From Actinobacteria bacterium UBA7524 (lineage in GTDB: Bacteria; Actinomycetota; Coriobacteriia; Anaerosomatales; UBA912): a DNA stretch of 54,331 nucleotides. Positions 8,612 to 20,063 of this stretch are shown in pieces. A program made the translations under genes and the position numbers. The notes below the pieces were generated by a model. It searched no databases and was not told the origin of the DNA. It worked only from the letters and a program-made list of their open reading frames with translations. The stretch is from contig DLMY01000020.1 of the NCBI GenBank assembly GCA_002478275.1, forward strand, positions 77,727 to 132,057, read 5' to 3'. The first letter of the stretch is position 1. Every line of letters begins with the position of its first letter.

Positions 8612-10725
8612 GCCGCGACCTGCTTTTCGAGATCGGTGCCGAGGAGATCCCGAGCGCGCCGCTGTACGAATCGATCACGCAACTCAAGGTCGAGGCCGAG
8701 AAGGCCCTCGACGCCGCCCGGCTGAGCTATGAGAGCGTCGAGACGTACGGGGCTCCTCGGCGGATCGTCTTGCGCGTGACGGGACTGGCCGAGGGCCAGG
8801 AGGACCAGACGCTTCGCGCGCGCGGACCCGCGGTCGCGGCCGCGTTCGACGCCGAGGGCAACCCCACGAAGGCCGCGGAAGGATTCGCGCGCGGCAAGGG
8901 GATCGACGTCAGCGAGCTCGTGCGCGACACGGAAGCGGGCGGCGAGTACGTCTACGCCGTCGTCGAGCAGACCGGTCGCCCCGCCACAGAGGTGCTCACC
9001 GGACTGCTCGCGCGTCTGGCCGAGGGTCTTTCGTGGCCCAAGTCGCAGCGCTGGGGCAGCGGGGATGCGCGCTTCATACGCCCGGTGCGCTGGCTGCTCG
9101 CGCTTTACGGCGACGAGGTGGTGCCCGTCCAGTTCGCTGACCTGACCGCTGGACGCTACACGCAGGGCCATCGCTTCCTCATACCCGCCGAGGAACGCAC
9201 AGTGCCCGTAGCGGCCGCGGACGACTACGACACCGCTGCCAAGCGCGGGATGTTCGTCTACGACCACGAGCGCCGCGCCCAGGCGATCCGCGAGGGCATC
9301 GAGGCGCTCGAGAGCGCACACGGCGTGCGTGCGGTCGTTCCTGCCAAGACGTTCGCCGAGGTCGTGAACCTCGTTGAGTGGCCGACCGTGGTGATCGGCG
9401 AGTTCGACGCCGAGTTCCTCGAGGTGCCGCGCGAGGTCATCGAGACCGCGATGACCAAGCATCAGCGCTACTTCCCGGTCGAGGACGCGGACGGAAAGCT
9501 CACGAACCGTTTCATCGTCGTGCACAACGGAGGTCCCGCTCGCAGCGAGCAGATCGTCGCAGGTCACGAGCGCGTCATCCGCGCGCGCCTGGCGGACGCN
9601 NNNNNNNNNNNNNNNNNNNNNNNNNNNNNNNNNNNNNNNNNNNNNNNNNNNNNNNNNNNNNNNNNNNNNNNNNNNNNNNNNNNNNNNNNNNNNNNNNNNN
9701 NNNNNNNNNNNNNNNNNNNNNNNNNNNNNNNNNNNNNNNNNNNNNNNNNNNNNNNNNNNNNNNNNNNNNNNNNNNNNNNNNNNNNNNNNNNNNNNNNNNN
9801 NNNNNNNNNNNNNNNNNNNNNNNNNNNNNNNNNNNNNNNNNNNNNNNGTGTGGTCGTGGAGTCCCCCGTGCTCCAGGGTGTGATGGGCCGCCACTACGCG
9901 ACTGCCGCCGGCGAGCAGCCCGGGGTCGCCACCGCGATAGAAGAGCACTACCGCCCGCGTCATGCGGGTGATGAGCTGCCCTCCAGCATCGCAGGCATGC
10001 TCGTGTCCACCGCCGACAAGCTCGACACGATGGCAGGCATCTTCGCCATAGGCCAGGCTCCCACCGGCTCAGCCGACCCGTACGCGCTTCGCCGAGGTGC
10101 GATCGGCATCCTGAACATGATCCTCGACGGCGGGCTGCGTATCACGCTCACGGAGGCGATCCGTGCCGCCCTGGCCGGTCTTGACGCCGCGGTGCCCGGG
10201 CTGGATGCGGACGATACCGGCAGCCGCGTGGCCGAGTTCATCACCGGCCGCTTAGAGACACTGCTGCGCGACCGTGGCCACGCTTACGACACCGTCGCAG
10301 CCGTGCTTGCGGCAGCCGGCGACGATCCTGCTGACACGATTCGCCGCTGCGAGGCGCTCACGGCGGCGCGAGCCGAGCAGCCCGAGGTCTTCGAGGACCT
10401 GTCGACCGCCTTCACCCGTGCGCGCAACCTCGCCGACCCCGGACTCGGCGTGGCGACCGACGGCTCCCTCATGTCCGCCGAGGAGAACGCGTTGGCCCAG
10501 GCCCTCACTCAGGCCGAGAGCGCCGTAGCCGAGGCGATGGAGGCCAGTGACTACCCCGCGGTGCTCGGGATGCTCGCCTCGCTGCGTGGACCTGTCGACG
10601 AGTTCTTCGACAAGGTACTCGTGATGGACCCGGACCCGGCGCTGCGGGACAACCGCCTCAAGCTCCTCAACCGCTTCGTGGCCCTGTTCGAGCAGTTCGC
10701 CGATCTGAGTTCGATCGCGGGGTAA
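8608..10725 (+). CDS. glyS: Glycine-tRNA ligase beta subunit (spans assembly gap)
   Basis: [52 protein letters not shown]. Confidence 0.95.
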   Translation: MSRDLLFEIGAEEIPSAPLYESITQLKVEAEKALDAARLSYESVETYGAPRRIVLRVTGLAEGQEDQTLRARGPAVAAAFDAEGNPTKAAEGFARGKGIDVSELVRDTEAGGEYVYAVVEQTGRPATEVLTGLLARLAEGLSWPKSQRWGSGDARFIRPVRWLLALYGDEVVPVQFADLTAGRYTQGHRFLIPAEERTVPVAAADDYDTAAKRGMFVYDHERRAQAIREGIEALESAHGVRAVVPAKTFAEVVNLVEWPTVVIGEFDAEFLEVPREVIETAMTKHQRYFPVEDADGKLTNRFIVVHNGGPARSEQIVAGHERVIRARLADXXXXXXXXXXXXXXXXXXXXXXXXXXXXXXXXXXXXXXXXXXXXXXXXXXXXXXXXXXXXXXXXXXXXXXXXXXXXXXXXXXXXVVVESPVLQGVMGRHYATAAGEQPGVATAIEEHYRPRHAGDELPSSIAGMLVSTADKLDTMAGIFAIGQAPTGSADPYALRRGAIGILNMILDGGLRITLTEAIRAALAGLDAAVPGLDADDTGSRVAEFITGRLETLLRDRGHAYDTVAAVLAAAGDDPADTIRRCEALTAARAEQPEVFEDLSTAFTRARNLADPGLGVATDGSLMSAEENALAQALTQAESAVAEAMEASDYPAVLGMLASLRGPVDEFFDKVLVMDPDPALRDNRLKLLNRFVALFEQFADLSSIAG
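9600..9847. other. Scaffold gap (248 N)
   Basis: Run of N inside glyS; the reading frame is consistent on both sides. Confidence 0.99.
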
Positions 10726-10728
10726 CGC

Positions 10729-11547
10729 GTGCCCGATGAGTCGATAGCGATCCACGTCATCTCCGACTCGCTGGGCGAGACCGGCGAGATGGTCGCGCGT
10801 GCGGCGGTCGCGCAGTTCCCCCTGGGCGCGTTCCGAATCGAACGTCTGCCCAAGGTGACGACTCCGGAGAAGCTCGAAGATGCGGTGCGTACCCACTGCG
10901 GTAAGCACTGCCTGTTCTTCTACACGCTCGTCGACGACTCGCTACGCGTCCGTATGGAGGAGCTTTGCGCGCAAGGCGTCAACGGTGTCGACCTGCTGGG
11001 ACCTGCGGTCAGCCGTCTGCAGGAGCTTACCGGCGTACGGGCTACGGGAGAGGCCGGGGCGGTGCGACGCACCGATGACGAGTACTTCGCGCGCATAGAG
11101 GCGATGGAGTTCGCGGTCAAGCATGACGACGGCCGCAACCCCGAGGGTCTGGCCGAGGCGGACATCGTGCTCGTCGGCGTCTCGCGGACCAGCAAGACGC
11201 CGCTTGCGATGTACCTCGCCTTCAAGGGCTGGCGCGTCGCCAACGTCCCGCTCGCGCCGGGCACCGAGCCGCCGCAGGCTCTCTTCGACCTCCACCCCCG
11301 CAAGGTCTTCGGCCTGGTCACCGATGCCGACGTGCTTCTGGAGATCCGCCGTCAGCGTATGAATGAGCTCGGGACCTGGGTCCCTCGCTATGCCGAACGT
11401 GAGAGCATCGAGAGGGAACTGGAAGAGGCCCGCGCGTTCATGCGCCGCTTAGGATGTCTCGTCGTGCACACGGACAACAGGGCCGTCGAAGAGGCCGCTC
11501 AGGAGATCATCCGGCACGTTCAGGGAGGTCACGCTATCTTGGACTGA
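10729..11547 (+). CDS. PPDK/PEP-synthase regulatory kinase-pyrophosphorylase (DUF299)
   Basis: ISDSLGETG, YFARIEAMEFAVKHDDG, GVSRTSKTP; directly upstream of ppdK. Confidence 0.95.
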   Translation: MPDESIAIHVISDSLGETGEMVARAAVAQFPLGAFRIERLPKVTTPEKLEDAVRTHCGKHCLFFYTLVDDSLRVRMEELCAQGVNGVDLLGPAVSRLQELTGVRATGEAGAVRRTDDEYFARIEAMEFAVKHDDGRNPEGLAEADIVLVGVSRTSKTPLAMYLAFKGWRVANVPLAPGTEPPQALFDLHPRKVFGLVTDADVLLEIRRQRMNELGTWVPRYAERESIERELEEARAFMRRLGCLVVHTDNRAVEEAAQEIIRHVQGGHAILD

Positions 11548-11569
11548 CCGCGTCGCCTAATCGGGACGC

Positions 11570-11582
11570 GGTGCGATATCAT
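11570..11582 (+). promoter_or_regulatory. Putative -10 region of ppdK (GGTGCGA-TATCAT)
   Basis: TAnnnT hexamer about 40 nt before TTG 11622; same upstream context as two other promoters in the window. Confidence 0.5.
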
Positions 11583-11621
11583 GCACGTACGCCAGCCCCC
11601 GTAGGAGAGAGGGAGACGGAG

Positions 11622-14342
11622 TTGACTGACGTCAAGAGAGTCTACGCGTTCGGTGGGGGAACCACCGAAGGCAACCGCGACATGAAGTTCGTCCTCGGCG
11701 GAAAGGGCGCCAACCTCGCCGAGATGGCCAACATGGGCCTGCCGGTTCCACCGGGCTTCACCATCAGCTGCCAGGCCTGTATGGAGTATTACGACTCCGA
11801 CCCGCCCGCATTCCCTGACGGACTCGCCGAGGAGATCGCGTCGTACGTGGCCGATCTCGAGGGCAAGATGGGCAAGACCCTCGGCGACCCGGACGATCCG
11901 TTGCTCGTGTCGGTGCGAAGCGGCTCGCCGTTCTCGATGCCCGGCATGATGGACACGGTGCTCAACCTCGGCCTCAATGACACGTCAGTGCAGGGCCTGA
12001 TCGCCCAGACCGGTAACGAGCGCTTCGCATGGGACAGCTACCGCCGCTTCATCCAGATGTTCTCCAAGGTCGTCCTCGATATCGAGGGTGACCTGTTCGA
12101 GAACGCCATCAACAAGATGATGATGGACCGTGGGGTGAGCAAGGACACCGAGCTTTCCTCGGCGGATATGCGTGAACTCGTCGACGTGTTCAAGGGCATC
12201 GTCGCCGATCACGTCTCCGCAGCGGAGTTCCCGCAGCTCGCCGTCGATGGCAAGGTCGCGTTCCCGCAAGACGTCTCCCTGCAGCTGCACCTCGCGATCG
12301 AGGCGGTCTTCAAGAGCTGGAACAATCGCCGCGCGATCGACTACCGGCGCATGGAGAAGATCGCCGACGACCTGGGAACCGCGGTCAACGTCCAGACGAT
12401 GGTGTTCGGCAACAAGGGCGAGACGAGCGCGACCGGCGTCGCGTTCACGCGTAACCCGGCCGACGGCACCAATGAGATCTACGGTGACTTCCTCACCAAC
12501 GCCCAGGGCGAAGACGTGGTGGCCGGCATCCGCGTGACAGAGCCTCTGGCCGACCTTCGCAATGTGCTTCCTGAGGCCGCGGATGAGCTCTGGAAGGTCT
12601 TCGAGACACTCGAGACCCACTATCGCGACATGTGCGACATCGAGTTCACGATCGAGCAGGGCAAGCTCTGGATGCTCCAGACTCGCGTGGGCAAGCGCAC
12701 CGCGCGCGCCGCTCTCAAGGTCGCTGTCGATATGGCCGAGGAGGGCCTGATCACCCGCGAGGAAGCCGTACTGCGCATCGATCCCGCGCAGCTCGATCAG
12801 CTGCTGCATCCGCAGTTCGACGTGACGGCGACGTACGACGTGCTCGCCAAGGGGCTCAACGCGAGTCCCGGCGCAGCGGTAGGCCAGGTCGTCTTCTCTG
12901 CAGACGCTGCCGAAGAGGCGGCCGCAGAGGGCCGCAAGGTCATCCTCGTGCGCTGGGAGACCACCCCCGATGACCTGCACGGTATGATCGCCGCGCAGGG
13001 GATCCTGACTTCTCACGGCGGCAAGACCTCGCACGCCGCCGTCGTCGCCCGTGGCATGGGCAAGCCGTGTGTGTGCGGCGCCGAGGCGCTTCGAATCGAT
13101 GCCGAATCCAAGCAGGCGTCCGTCAAGGGCACCGACACCGTGCTGCGCGAGGGAGACCTGATCTCGATCGACGGTACGAGCGGCATCGTGGTACTCGGGG
13201 CCGTCGAGCTCGTCGAGCCCGAGGTCAGCGGCGACTTCGACACCATTCTGGCGTGGGCCGACGAGTATCGCACCATGGGCGTGCGCGCGAATGCCGACAC
13301 TCCGGACGACGCGGCGCTGGGACGCAAGTTCGGCGCGGCCGGCATCGGCCTGTGCCGTACCGAGCACATGTTCCTGGGCGACCGAAAAGGCATCATCCAG
13401 GACTTCATCCTGGCCGAGTCCCAGGACCTGCGCGATGCAGCGCTTGCGAAGCTCCTTGACGTTCAGGTAGAGGACTACCTCGGCATCTTCGAGGCCATGG
13501 ACGGCCTTCCCGTCACGGTGCGTCTCCTGGATCCGCCGCTTCACGAGTTCCTGGACTCTCCGCGCGAGCTTGAGGTCGAGATCGTTCGCGCCGAATGCGC
13601 GGGCGCCAGTGCCGAGGAACTCGCGCCGAAGCGCAAGCTTCTCGCACAGATCGACTCGATGGCCGAGGCCAATCCGATGCTCGGCCTTCGCGGGTGCCGC
13701 TTGGGAATCATGCATCCTGAGATCTACGCGATGCAGGTCCGTGCGATCACCAGAGCGGCATGCGAGCTCAAGAAGTCCGGCAAGGACCCGCGTCCGGAGG
13801 TCATGATCCCGCTGGTATCGCTTCGGGCCGAGCTTGAGATCCTGCGCGCCGAGTGTGAAGCGGTCATCGCCGAGGTGAAAGCCGAGTGTGGTGTCGAGAT
13901 CGAGATCACCATAGGCACGATGATCGAGCTACCGCGAGCCGCGGTCATGTCTGACCGGATCGGCGAGGTGGCCGACTTCTTCTCGTTCGGGACCAACGAC
14001 CTGACTCAGACCACCTTCGGTTTCTCGCGCGACGATATCGAATCCAAGTTCCTGCCCAAGTATCTCGACCGCAAGGTCTTGCCGAGAAATCCGTTCGAGA
14101 CGGTCGATGATGGCGTCGCGAAGCTCGTCGAACTAGGCTGCGAGGGCGGCCGCAAGGCCAATCCCGGCATCAAGCTCGGCGTGTGCGGAGAGCACGGAGG
14201 CGATCCGGAGAGCGTCAAGACGTTCTTCGGTATCGGTCTGGACTACGTGTCGTGCTCGCCGTACCGGATCCCGCTTGCGAGACTCGCGGCCGCTCAGGCG
14301 GCGCTGGAGTCATCGGGGGCGGGGTCCTCGGACAACAGGTAG
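11622..14342 (+). CDS. ppdK: Pyruvate, phosphate dikinase
   Basis: LGGKGANLAEM, SMPGMMDTVLNLG, GGKTSHAAVVAR (catalytic His), SFGTNDL, GVCGEHGG; TTG start after GGGAG. Confidence 0.98.
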   Translation: MTDVKRVYAFGGGTTEGNRDMKFVLGGKGANLAEMANMGLPVPPGFTISCQACMEYYDSDPPAFPDGLAEEIASYVADLEGKMGKTLGDPDDPLLVSVRSGSPFSMPGMMDTVLNLGLNDTSVQGLIAQTGNERFAWDSYRRFIQMFSKVVLDIEGDLFENAINKMMMDRGVSKDTELSSADMRELVDVFKGIVADHVSAAEFPQLAVDGKVAFPQDVSLQLHLAIEAVFKSWNNRRAIDYRRMEKIADDLGTAVNVQTMVFGNKGETSATGVAFTRNPADGTNEIYGDFLTNAQGEDVVAGIRVTEPLADLRNVLPEAADELWKVFETLETHYRDMCDIEFTIEQGKLWMLQTRVGKRTARAALKVAVDMAEEGLITREEAVLRIDPAQLDQLLHPQFDVTATYDVLAKGLNASPGAAVGQVVFSADAAEEAAAEGRKVILVRWETTPDDLHGMIAAQGILTSHGGKTSHAAVVARGMGKPCVCGAEALRIDAESKQASVKGTDTVLREGDLISIDGTSGIVVLGAVELVEPEVSGDFDTILAWADEYRTMGVRANADTPDDAALGRKFGAAGIGLCRTEHMFLGDRKGIIQDFILAESQDLRDAALAKLLDVQVEDYLGIFEAMDGLPVTVRLLDPPLHEFLDSPRELEVEIVRAECAGASAEELAPKRKLLAQIDSMAEANPMLGLRGCRLGIMHPEIYAMQVRAITRAACELKKSGKDPRPEVMIPLVSLRAELEILRAECEAVIAEVKAECGVEIEITIGTMIELPRAAVMSDRIGEVADFFSFGTNDLTQTTFGFSRDDIESKFLPKYLDRKVLPRNPFETVDDGVAKLVELGCEGGRKANPGIKLGVCGEHGGDPESVKTFFGIGLDYVSCSPYRIPLARLAAAQAALESSGAGSSDNR

Positions 14343-14349
14343 GACAACG

Positions 14350-14381
14350 AGGAGCGCTCCGGGGAACCGGAGCGCTCCTTT
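14350..14381 (+). terminator. Intrinsic terminator after ppdK
   Basis: AGGAGCGCTCCGG-ggaa-CCGGAGCGCTCCT-TT. Confidence 0.85.
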
Positions 14382-14396
14382 GCTCAAGGGAACGCC

Positions 14397-14780
14397 GTGC
14401 AAAGGACGAAGCTCTTCCAGCAGGCAGGCTCGCCTCTGATACAGGGGCTCTCGCGTACGCGTCGCCCACTGTGGCAGGAATGGCTGATCGCTGTGGTCGT
14501 TTCGGCCCCGCTGACGACCGCTCTGCTGGCCGCCCTGTTGCGCGCACCTTCCGTCCCGCCAGGTTCGTTCGTTGCGGTTGCGGTGTTCTGGGCGACGTTC
14601 GGCTTGCTCGTGGTTGTGCCCGCCGGTTGTGTGGTGGGAGGATTCGTGACAGCGCTTGCGGTCGGCTACGGTGCCAGACGTGCGTGGCTGGCCGGAGCCT
14701 CAGCCGCGACGGTGGTCACCGTGGCCGGAGCGGTGTTGTTCTTCGATCCGGTTGCCGCGTTCGTGGCTGGTCTGTGGTGA
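14397..14780 (+). CDS. Small hypothetical membrane protein
   Basis: Fills the ppdK-dgt gap; 3-4 hydrophobic segments; no family recognised; start uncertain. Confidence 0.5.
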   Translation: MQRTKLFQQAGSPLIQGLSRTRRPLWQEWLIAVVVSAPLTTALLAALLRAPSVPPGSFVAVAVFWATFGLLVVVPAGCVVGGFVTALAVGYGARRAWLAGASAATVVTVAGAVLFFDPVAAFVAGLW

Positions 14781-14823
14781 TCCGTGAAGACGGGGGAGAG
14801 CTTCGAGTGAGGCGTGCAGGATC

Positions 14824-15858
14824 ATGACCATCATCACCAGAGAGCAGTATGAGGCAGCGGAGCGTGTGAGACTCCAACCTCTCGCGGCGTTCTCCGACGC
14901 GACGCGCGGCCGCGAGAGGCCTTTGGAACTCGACGCATACCGGACCGAATATCAGCGCGACCGGGACCGCGTGATCCATTGCAAGGCGTTCCGTCGCCTT
15001 TCCCACAAGACACAGGTGTTCCTGGCCCCCGAAGGGGACCACTACCGCACGCGTCTTACCCACACTCTCGAGGTCGCCCAGATCGCTCGGTCGATCGCCC
15101 GCGCCCTGCAGCTCAACGAGGATCTCACTGAAGCCATCGCCCTCGCCCATGACCTGGGTCACACACCGTTCGGTCACATCGGCGAAGACGCGCTCACCAG
15201 CTGCTACGAGAAGGTCGCGGACCACATCGACGGTGTCCCGGAGCGCTTCCGGCACAACCTGCAGTCGCTGCGTGTCGTGGAGCGCCTTGAGTATCAGGGC
15301 AAGGGGCTCAACCTGACGTGGGAGGTGCGTGATGGCATCGCGCACCACACGGGGCCGGTGCGCGCAGCCACCCTGGAAGGCCAGATCGTTGCTACGGCCG
15401 ACCGTATCGCCTACGTCAACCACGACATCGATGACGCCACGCGAGGCGGTGTGCTGACCGAGTCCGACCTGCCTGAAGCCGCCACGGATGTCCTCGGCCA
15501 CGATCATGCGCGCCGTATCACGACGATGGTCACCGATATGATCGAGACCAGTACCGGTGCGAGTGAGATCCGTATGTCAGAGCCGGTGTGGGGCGCGATG
15601 ATGGAGCTTCGCGAGTGGCTGCTCGAGAACGTGTACCTGTCGAGCAAGGCCAAAGCCGAGGAACCCAAGGCCTACGGGGTCGTGCGCGCCTTGTTCATGT
15701 ACTACCTGGAGAAACCCGATGCGCTTCCCGAGGAGTTCCTGCCGAGTGCGGAAGAGTCCCTCCCTCAGCGCGTGACCGACTACGTATCGGGTATGACCGA
15801 CCGCTTCGCGCTTCGCCAGTTCGAGAACCTATTCGTTCCCAAGAGCTGGATGTTCTAG
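14824..15858 (+). CDS. dgt: Deoxyguanosinetriphosphate triphosphohydrolase
   Basis: RTEYQRDRDRVIH, FRRLSHKTQV, RTRLTHTLEV, HDLGHTPFGH, DYVSGMTD. Confidence 0.96.
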   Translation: MTIITREQYEAAERVRLQPLAAFSDATRGRERPLELDAYRTEYQRDRDRVIHCKAFRRLSHKTQVFLAPEGDHYRTRLTHTLEVAQIARSIARALQLNEDLTEAIALAHDLGHTPFGHIGEDALTSCYEKVADHIDGVPERFRHNLQSLRVVERLEYQGKGLNLTWEVRDGIAHHTGPVRAATLEGQIVATADRIAYVNHDIDDATRGGVLTESDLPEAATDVLGHDHARRITTMVTDMIETSTGASEIRMSEPVWGAMMELREWLLENVYLSSKAKAEEPKAYGVVRALFMYYLEKPDALPEEFLPSAEESLPQRVTDYVSGMTDRFALRQFENLFVPKSWMF

Positions 15859-15876
15859 GGCTCCTGCTCGGTCGTG

Positions 15877-15905
15877 TTGCCGCATACACGCAGTTCACCT
15901 AGAAT
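15877..15905 (+). promoter_or_regulatory. Sigma70-type promoter of hppA
   Basis: TTGCCG-N17-TAGAAT. Confidence 0.7.
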
Positions 15906-15957
15906 CACCCAAGCACGAACGTGGTGAAGTCTATGTGGGGAAGGGAGATACACCTTT

Positions 15958-18078
15958 ATGGCTGACTGGATAGGGTGGCTCGCGCCTGCATCCGCGGTAC
16001 TGGGTGTGTTGGTCGCGATCTACCTGGCGACCTGGGTTCTCAAGCAGGATCCGGGCAACGCGAAGATGCAGGAGATCTCGAAGGCCACCCAGGAGGGTGC
16101 GCTTGCGTTTCTGGTGCGCGAGTATCGCGTGCTGATCGTGTTCGCCATCGTCGTGGCCATAGTGATCGTGGTCGTCCCGGCCATGCCGGCCATGACCGCC
16201 GTTGCTTTCCTGACAGGTGCATTGCTGTCGGCGGCCGCAGGGTACTTCGGCATGTATGTGGCCACCCGCGCGAACGCACGCACCGCGCAGGCTGCCACTG
16301 AAGGTGTGCACAAGGCCCTCAACGTGGCGTTCCGCTCTGGTCTGACCATGGGCCTGACCGTCGCGTCGTTCGGGCTCGGTGGTATCAGCCTGTGGATCCT
16401 GTTCCTCATCCTCAGTGGTGACAATCCCCAGCCCGAGGTCGTGAACGGGTTTGCGATGGGTGCGAGCTCGATCGCTCTGTTCGCTCGTGTGGGCGGTGGC
16501 ATCTACACCAAGGCCGCCGATGTGGGCGCCGACCTGGTCGGCAAGGTCGAGGCGGGTATCCCCGAGGACGATCCTCGCAACCCCGCTGTCATCGCCGACA
16601 ACGTCGGTGACAACGTCGGTGACGTCGCCGGTATGGGTGCGGACCTCTTTGAGTCTTTCGTCGGTTCCATCCTCGCGCCGGTCGTGCTCGCTGTCTCCCT
16701 GTGGGGCATGAGCGCCGGTTTTGACTCCCTTGACTTCCGCTACGGCGCTTCGATCCCGCTGCTGATCGCGGCGTTCGGTATCGTGACTTCGATCGTCGGT
16801 CTGTTCGCCGTTCGCGCGAAGGAAGGATCGAACCTTCACAACGCGCTCAACATGGGTACGTACGTCGCCGCCGTCCTTCAGCTCGGCGCCATGGGCTACC
16901 TGTTCTGGCACTGGTCCGATAAGGTCGACCCGGCCCGCATGTGGTTCTTCGCGGCCGTGGTCGCAGGCCTTGTGGCCGGTATCAGCATCGGCAAGATCAC
17001 CGAGTACTTCTGCTCGGACCACTTCCGTCCCACCCAGAAGATCGCCGAGGCCTCAGAGACCGGTACCGCTACGAACATCATCGCCGGTCTGGGCACGGGC
17101 ATGATGTCGACCGCCGCTCCGATCTTCGTGGTCGCCGCCGGCATCATCATCGCGTTCAGCGCCGGTAACGCCGCTTACGATGGCGGTGGCATCTACGGTA
17201 TCGGTCTGGCCGCGCTCGGCATGCTCTCGATCATCGCCATCACCGTCGGTGTGGACGCTTACGGTCCTGTGGCCGACAATGCGGGCGGTATCGCGGAGAT
17301 GGCCGAGATGGGCGCTCCCATCCGTAAGATCACCGACTCGCTCGACAGCGTTGGCAACACCACCGCCGCCATCGCCAAGGGCTTCGCGATCGGCTCGGCC
17401 GGCCTGACCGCTCTCGCGCTCTTCGTCGCGTTCCGGACGCAGATGAACGCGGGGCTGGCCGCCGAGGCACTGGAGCAGGGCATCGAGATCGCCCCGCTCA
17501 ACATGGGTCTGGACAATCCGTACGTCATCGTCGGCCTGTTCGTCGGTGGTATGCTGCCGTTCCTGTTCGGCGCCCTGACGATGGGCGCTGTGGGTCGCGC
17601 CGCGTTCTCGATGATCGGCGAGGTCCGTCGCCAGTTCAGGGAGATCCCCGGGATCATGGAGGGCACTGGCAAGCCGGATTACGCCGCGTGTGTCGACATC
17701 TCGACGAAGGCATCGCTGCGCGAGATGGTCGTGCCGGGCGTCATCGCCGTGGCAGCACCGCTCGTTGTCGGTGCCATCTCCGTCGACATGCTCACCGGCC
17801 TGCTTGCTGGCGCTCTGGTCACTGGCTTCCTGCTCGCCATCTTCATGGCTAACGCGGGTGGCGCGTGGGACAACGCCAAGAAGTACATCGAGGGCGGCAA
17901 ACACGGCGGCAAGGGTTCTGATGCTCACAAGGCCGCTGTCGTCGGTGACACGGTAGGCGACCCGTTCAAGGACACGTCCGGTCCCTCGATGAACATCCTC
18001 ATCAAGCTCATGACCGTCGTGTCTCTTGTGTTCGTGCCGCTGTTCGTGGCTTTGCACGGCGGGTTCCTCGGCCGGTAG
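15958..18078 (+). CDS. hppA: Membrane-bound K+-dependent, probably Na+-translocating pyrophosphatase
   Basis: [49 protein letters not shown]. Confidence 0.97.
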   Translation: MADWIGWLAPASAVLGVLVAIYLATWVLKQDPGNAKMQEISKATQEGALAFLVREYRVLIVFAIVVAIVIVVVPAMPAMTAVAFLTGALLSAAAGYFGMYVATRANARTAQAATEGVHKALNVAFRSGLTMGLTVASFGLGGISLWILFLILSGDNPQPEVVNGFAMGASSIALFARVGGGIYTKAADVGADLVGKVEAGIPEDDPRNPAVIADNVGDNVGDVAGMGADLFESFVGSILAPVVLAVSLWGMSAGFDSLDFRYGASIPLLIAAFGIVTSIVGLFAVRAKEGSNLHNALNMGTYVAAVLQLGAMGYLFWHWSDKVDPARMWFFAAVVAGLVAGISIGKITEYFCSDHFRPTQKIAEASETGTATNIIAGLGTGMMSTAAPIFVVAAGIIIAFSAGNAAYDGGGIYGIGLAALGMLSIIAITVGVDAYGPVADNAGGIAEMAEMGAPIRKITDSLDSVGNTTAAIAKGFAIGSAGLTALALFVAFRTQMNAGLAAEALEQGIEIAPLNMGLDNPYVIVGLFVGGMLPFLFGALTMGAVGRAAFSMIGEVRRQFREIPGIMEGTGKPDYAACVDISTKASLREMVVPGVIAVAAPLVVGAISVDMLTGLLAGALVTGFLLAIFMANAGGAWDNAKKYIEGGKHGGKGSDAHKAAVVGDTVGDPFKDTSGPSMNILIKLMTVVSLVFVPLFVALHGGFLGR

Positions 18079-18123
18079 GGTCTTATTCGCAACACAAGCT
18101 CCAATCGATAATCGATGCCGGGA

Positions 18124-18151
18124 GCTCCCGGGTGCGCAAGCGCCCGGGAGC
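18124..18151 (+). terminator. Hairpin after hppA
   Basis: GCTCCCGGGTGC-gcaa-GCGCCCGGGAGC; GNRA loop, no clear U-tract. Confidence 0.55.
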
Positions 18152-18211
18152 GTCCGCGTTACATGGACCCCTGCGAGCGGGTAGGGACGATAGGGAGAAA
18201 GGAGGGACCGG

Positions 18212-20062
18212 GTGGCCCGTATCTCCGACGAAGACATACAGCGCGTGCGCGATGCGACGGACCTGGTCTCCCTGATCTCAGAGTCCGTCGTCTTGAAGCA
18301 GAAAGGCCGACTGTACTGGGCCTGTTGTCCCTTTCACGGGGAGAAGACCCCGTCGTTCAAGATCGACCCCGCCACAGGGCTTTGGCACTGTTTCGGCTGC
18401 GGCGCGGGCGGTGACGCGTTCGGATTCGTGATGCGCGCCGAGAACCTGGAGTTTCCCGACGCGGTGCGCCAGCTCGCCTCTCGCGCGCGCATCGAGATCG
18501 TGGAGACCGGTGATTCACTACCGCGGGGTCACCGCGAGCGCCTGGCCGCAGCCTGCGAGCAAGCTGTCGCGTTCTATCACAAGGAGCTCACGACCTCGAG
18601 GGACTCTACTGCATCTGCTGCCAGGGATTACCTTGCAGCACGCGGGTTCGGGAGTGAGGTCGCACACGACTTCGAGATCGGTTGGTCTCCAAGCAGGGGT
18701 ACGCGTTTGGTGAATCATCTCGTCTCGGCTGGTTTCGATGCCGGGGAGATCGTTGGCGCCAACCTGGCATACGCCGCAGAAGGCGGTGGTCAGATGCGCG
18801 ACCGCTTCTACGAGCGGGTGATGTTCCCGATCCGAGACATCACCGGTCGCGCTGTAGGGTTCGGAGGACGGGTGCTCGGTGATGGAGAACCCAAGTATCT
18901 CAACACGAGCGAGACGCCACTGTTCTCCAAGTCCCGCAACCTGTATGCGATCGACAGGGCCAAGAACGAGATCGTCAAGGCCGGAACCGCGGTCGTGGTC
19001 GAAGGGTACACCGACGTCATCGCGATGCATGTCGCCGGGATACGCAATGTGGTCGCGACGCTGGGCACGGCGCTTACCCGGCAGCACGTCAAGATGCTCG
19101 GACGTTTCGCGAAGCGTATCGTCTACCTGTTCGACGCCGACGAGGCCGGCTTGCGTGCGGCGGAGCGTGCGGCGGAGTTCATCGACGTGTCGGTCTCTCC
19201 CGAGGCCGGTGGTTCGGTGGTCGAGCTCGCGGTCGCCATCATCCCCGAGGGCAAGGATCCCGCCGATCTCGTCGCCGCCAAAGGCGCCGGTGCGATGCGC
19301 GATGTGATCGAGAGTGCCGTGCCCTTGATGAGGTTCGTGTTGGACCGTCGTATGGCGGCACACGACACCTCGACCCCGGAGGGCAGGTCCAGGGCGCTGG
19401 CCTCGGTGGCACCGGTGCTTGCAAGCGTCAGGGGCACGTTGCTCGCGCAAGACTACGTGAACTACATCGCCGACAGGTTGCTCACGGATTTCGCGACGGT
19501 GGAGTCGGCTGTATCGAAGGCTCGTCCCGCGTTCACGACGGGTCCGGATGGGGAAGATACCGCGGAGGTCTCGGGTAGGGCCGCTCCGCCGGCACTCACG
19601 CCGCAGGTGAGGGCGGAGAGGCAGCTTGTGGGTCTCGTGGCCGCCAGAGCCGAACTGCGCGAGGGGGCACGGGGCTTGCTTGAGTCCGACCTGCTGACTG
19701 ATCCGCTCGCGGCAAGGCTGTTGCGAGCTGTGCTGGAAGCCGGTGAGGTGACCGGTTCGGAACTGTATGGACGGATCTCCTCGGCGGATATCGAGGCTGC
19801 GGAGATCCTGTCCGGACTGCTGATAGAGGCCGAGAACGCGGATGACGCCGTCCTGGTCGCGCGGGATGTGTTAAGCAAACTCAAGGAATTCGCCGTCGAA
19901 CGTCAAATCATTGAGAAGAAGGCAAGAATGAGAACGCTCGATCCCGTCAAGGAACGGGACGAGTATGACGAACTATACAGAGATATCGCAGCTCTTCAGG
20001 TGCTGCACGATAGATTGCGCCGTGGAGAGACCGTGACCGACGACATGGAAGTGTGGGGATAG
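18212..20062 (+). CDS. dnaG: DNA primase
   Basis: [15 protein letters not shown] zinc finger, [27 protein letters not shown] Toprim. Confidence 0.98.
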   Translation: MARISDEDIQRVRDATDLVSLISESVVLKQKGRLYWACCPFHGEKTPSFKIDPATGLWHCFGCGAGGDAFGFVMRAENLEFPDAVRQLASRARIEIVETGDSLPRGHRERLAAACEQAVAFYHKELTTSRDSTASAARDYLAARGFGSEVAHDFEIGWSPSRGTRLVNHLVSAGFDAGEIVGANLAYAAEGGGQMRDRFYERVMFPIRDITGRAVGFGGRVLGDGEPKYLNTSETPLFSKSRNLYAIDRAKNEIVKAGTAVVVEGYTDVIAMHVAGIRNVVATLGTALTRQHVKMLGRFAKRIVYLFDADEAGLRAAERAAEFIDVSVSPEAGGSVVELAVAIIPEGKDPADLVAAKGAGAMRDVIESAVPLMRFVLDRRMAAHDTSTPEGRSRALASVAPVLASVRGTLLAQDYVNYIADRLLTDFATVESAVSKARPAFTTGPDGEDTAEVSGRAAPPALTPQVRAERQLVGLVAARAELREGARGLLESDLLTDPLAARLLRAVLEAGEVTGSELYGRISSADIEAAEILSGLLIEAENADDAVLVARDVLSKLKEFAVERQIIEKKARMRTLDPVKERDEYDELYRDIAALQVLHDRLRRGETVTDDMEVWG

Positions 20063-20063
20063 C

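Noticed and set aside
9600..9847. Possible interruption of glyS
   Set aside because: It is an assembly gap; frame and total length are consistent with an intact gene.
11985..13715. Long antisense ORFs (also 2390-3508, 5558-7063, 17053-18237, 19947-21224 and others)
   Set aside because: Shadow frames of high-GC3 genes; no recognisable motifs or independent expression signals.
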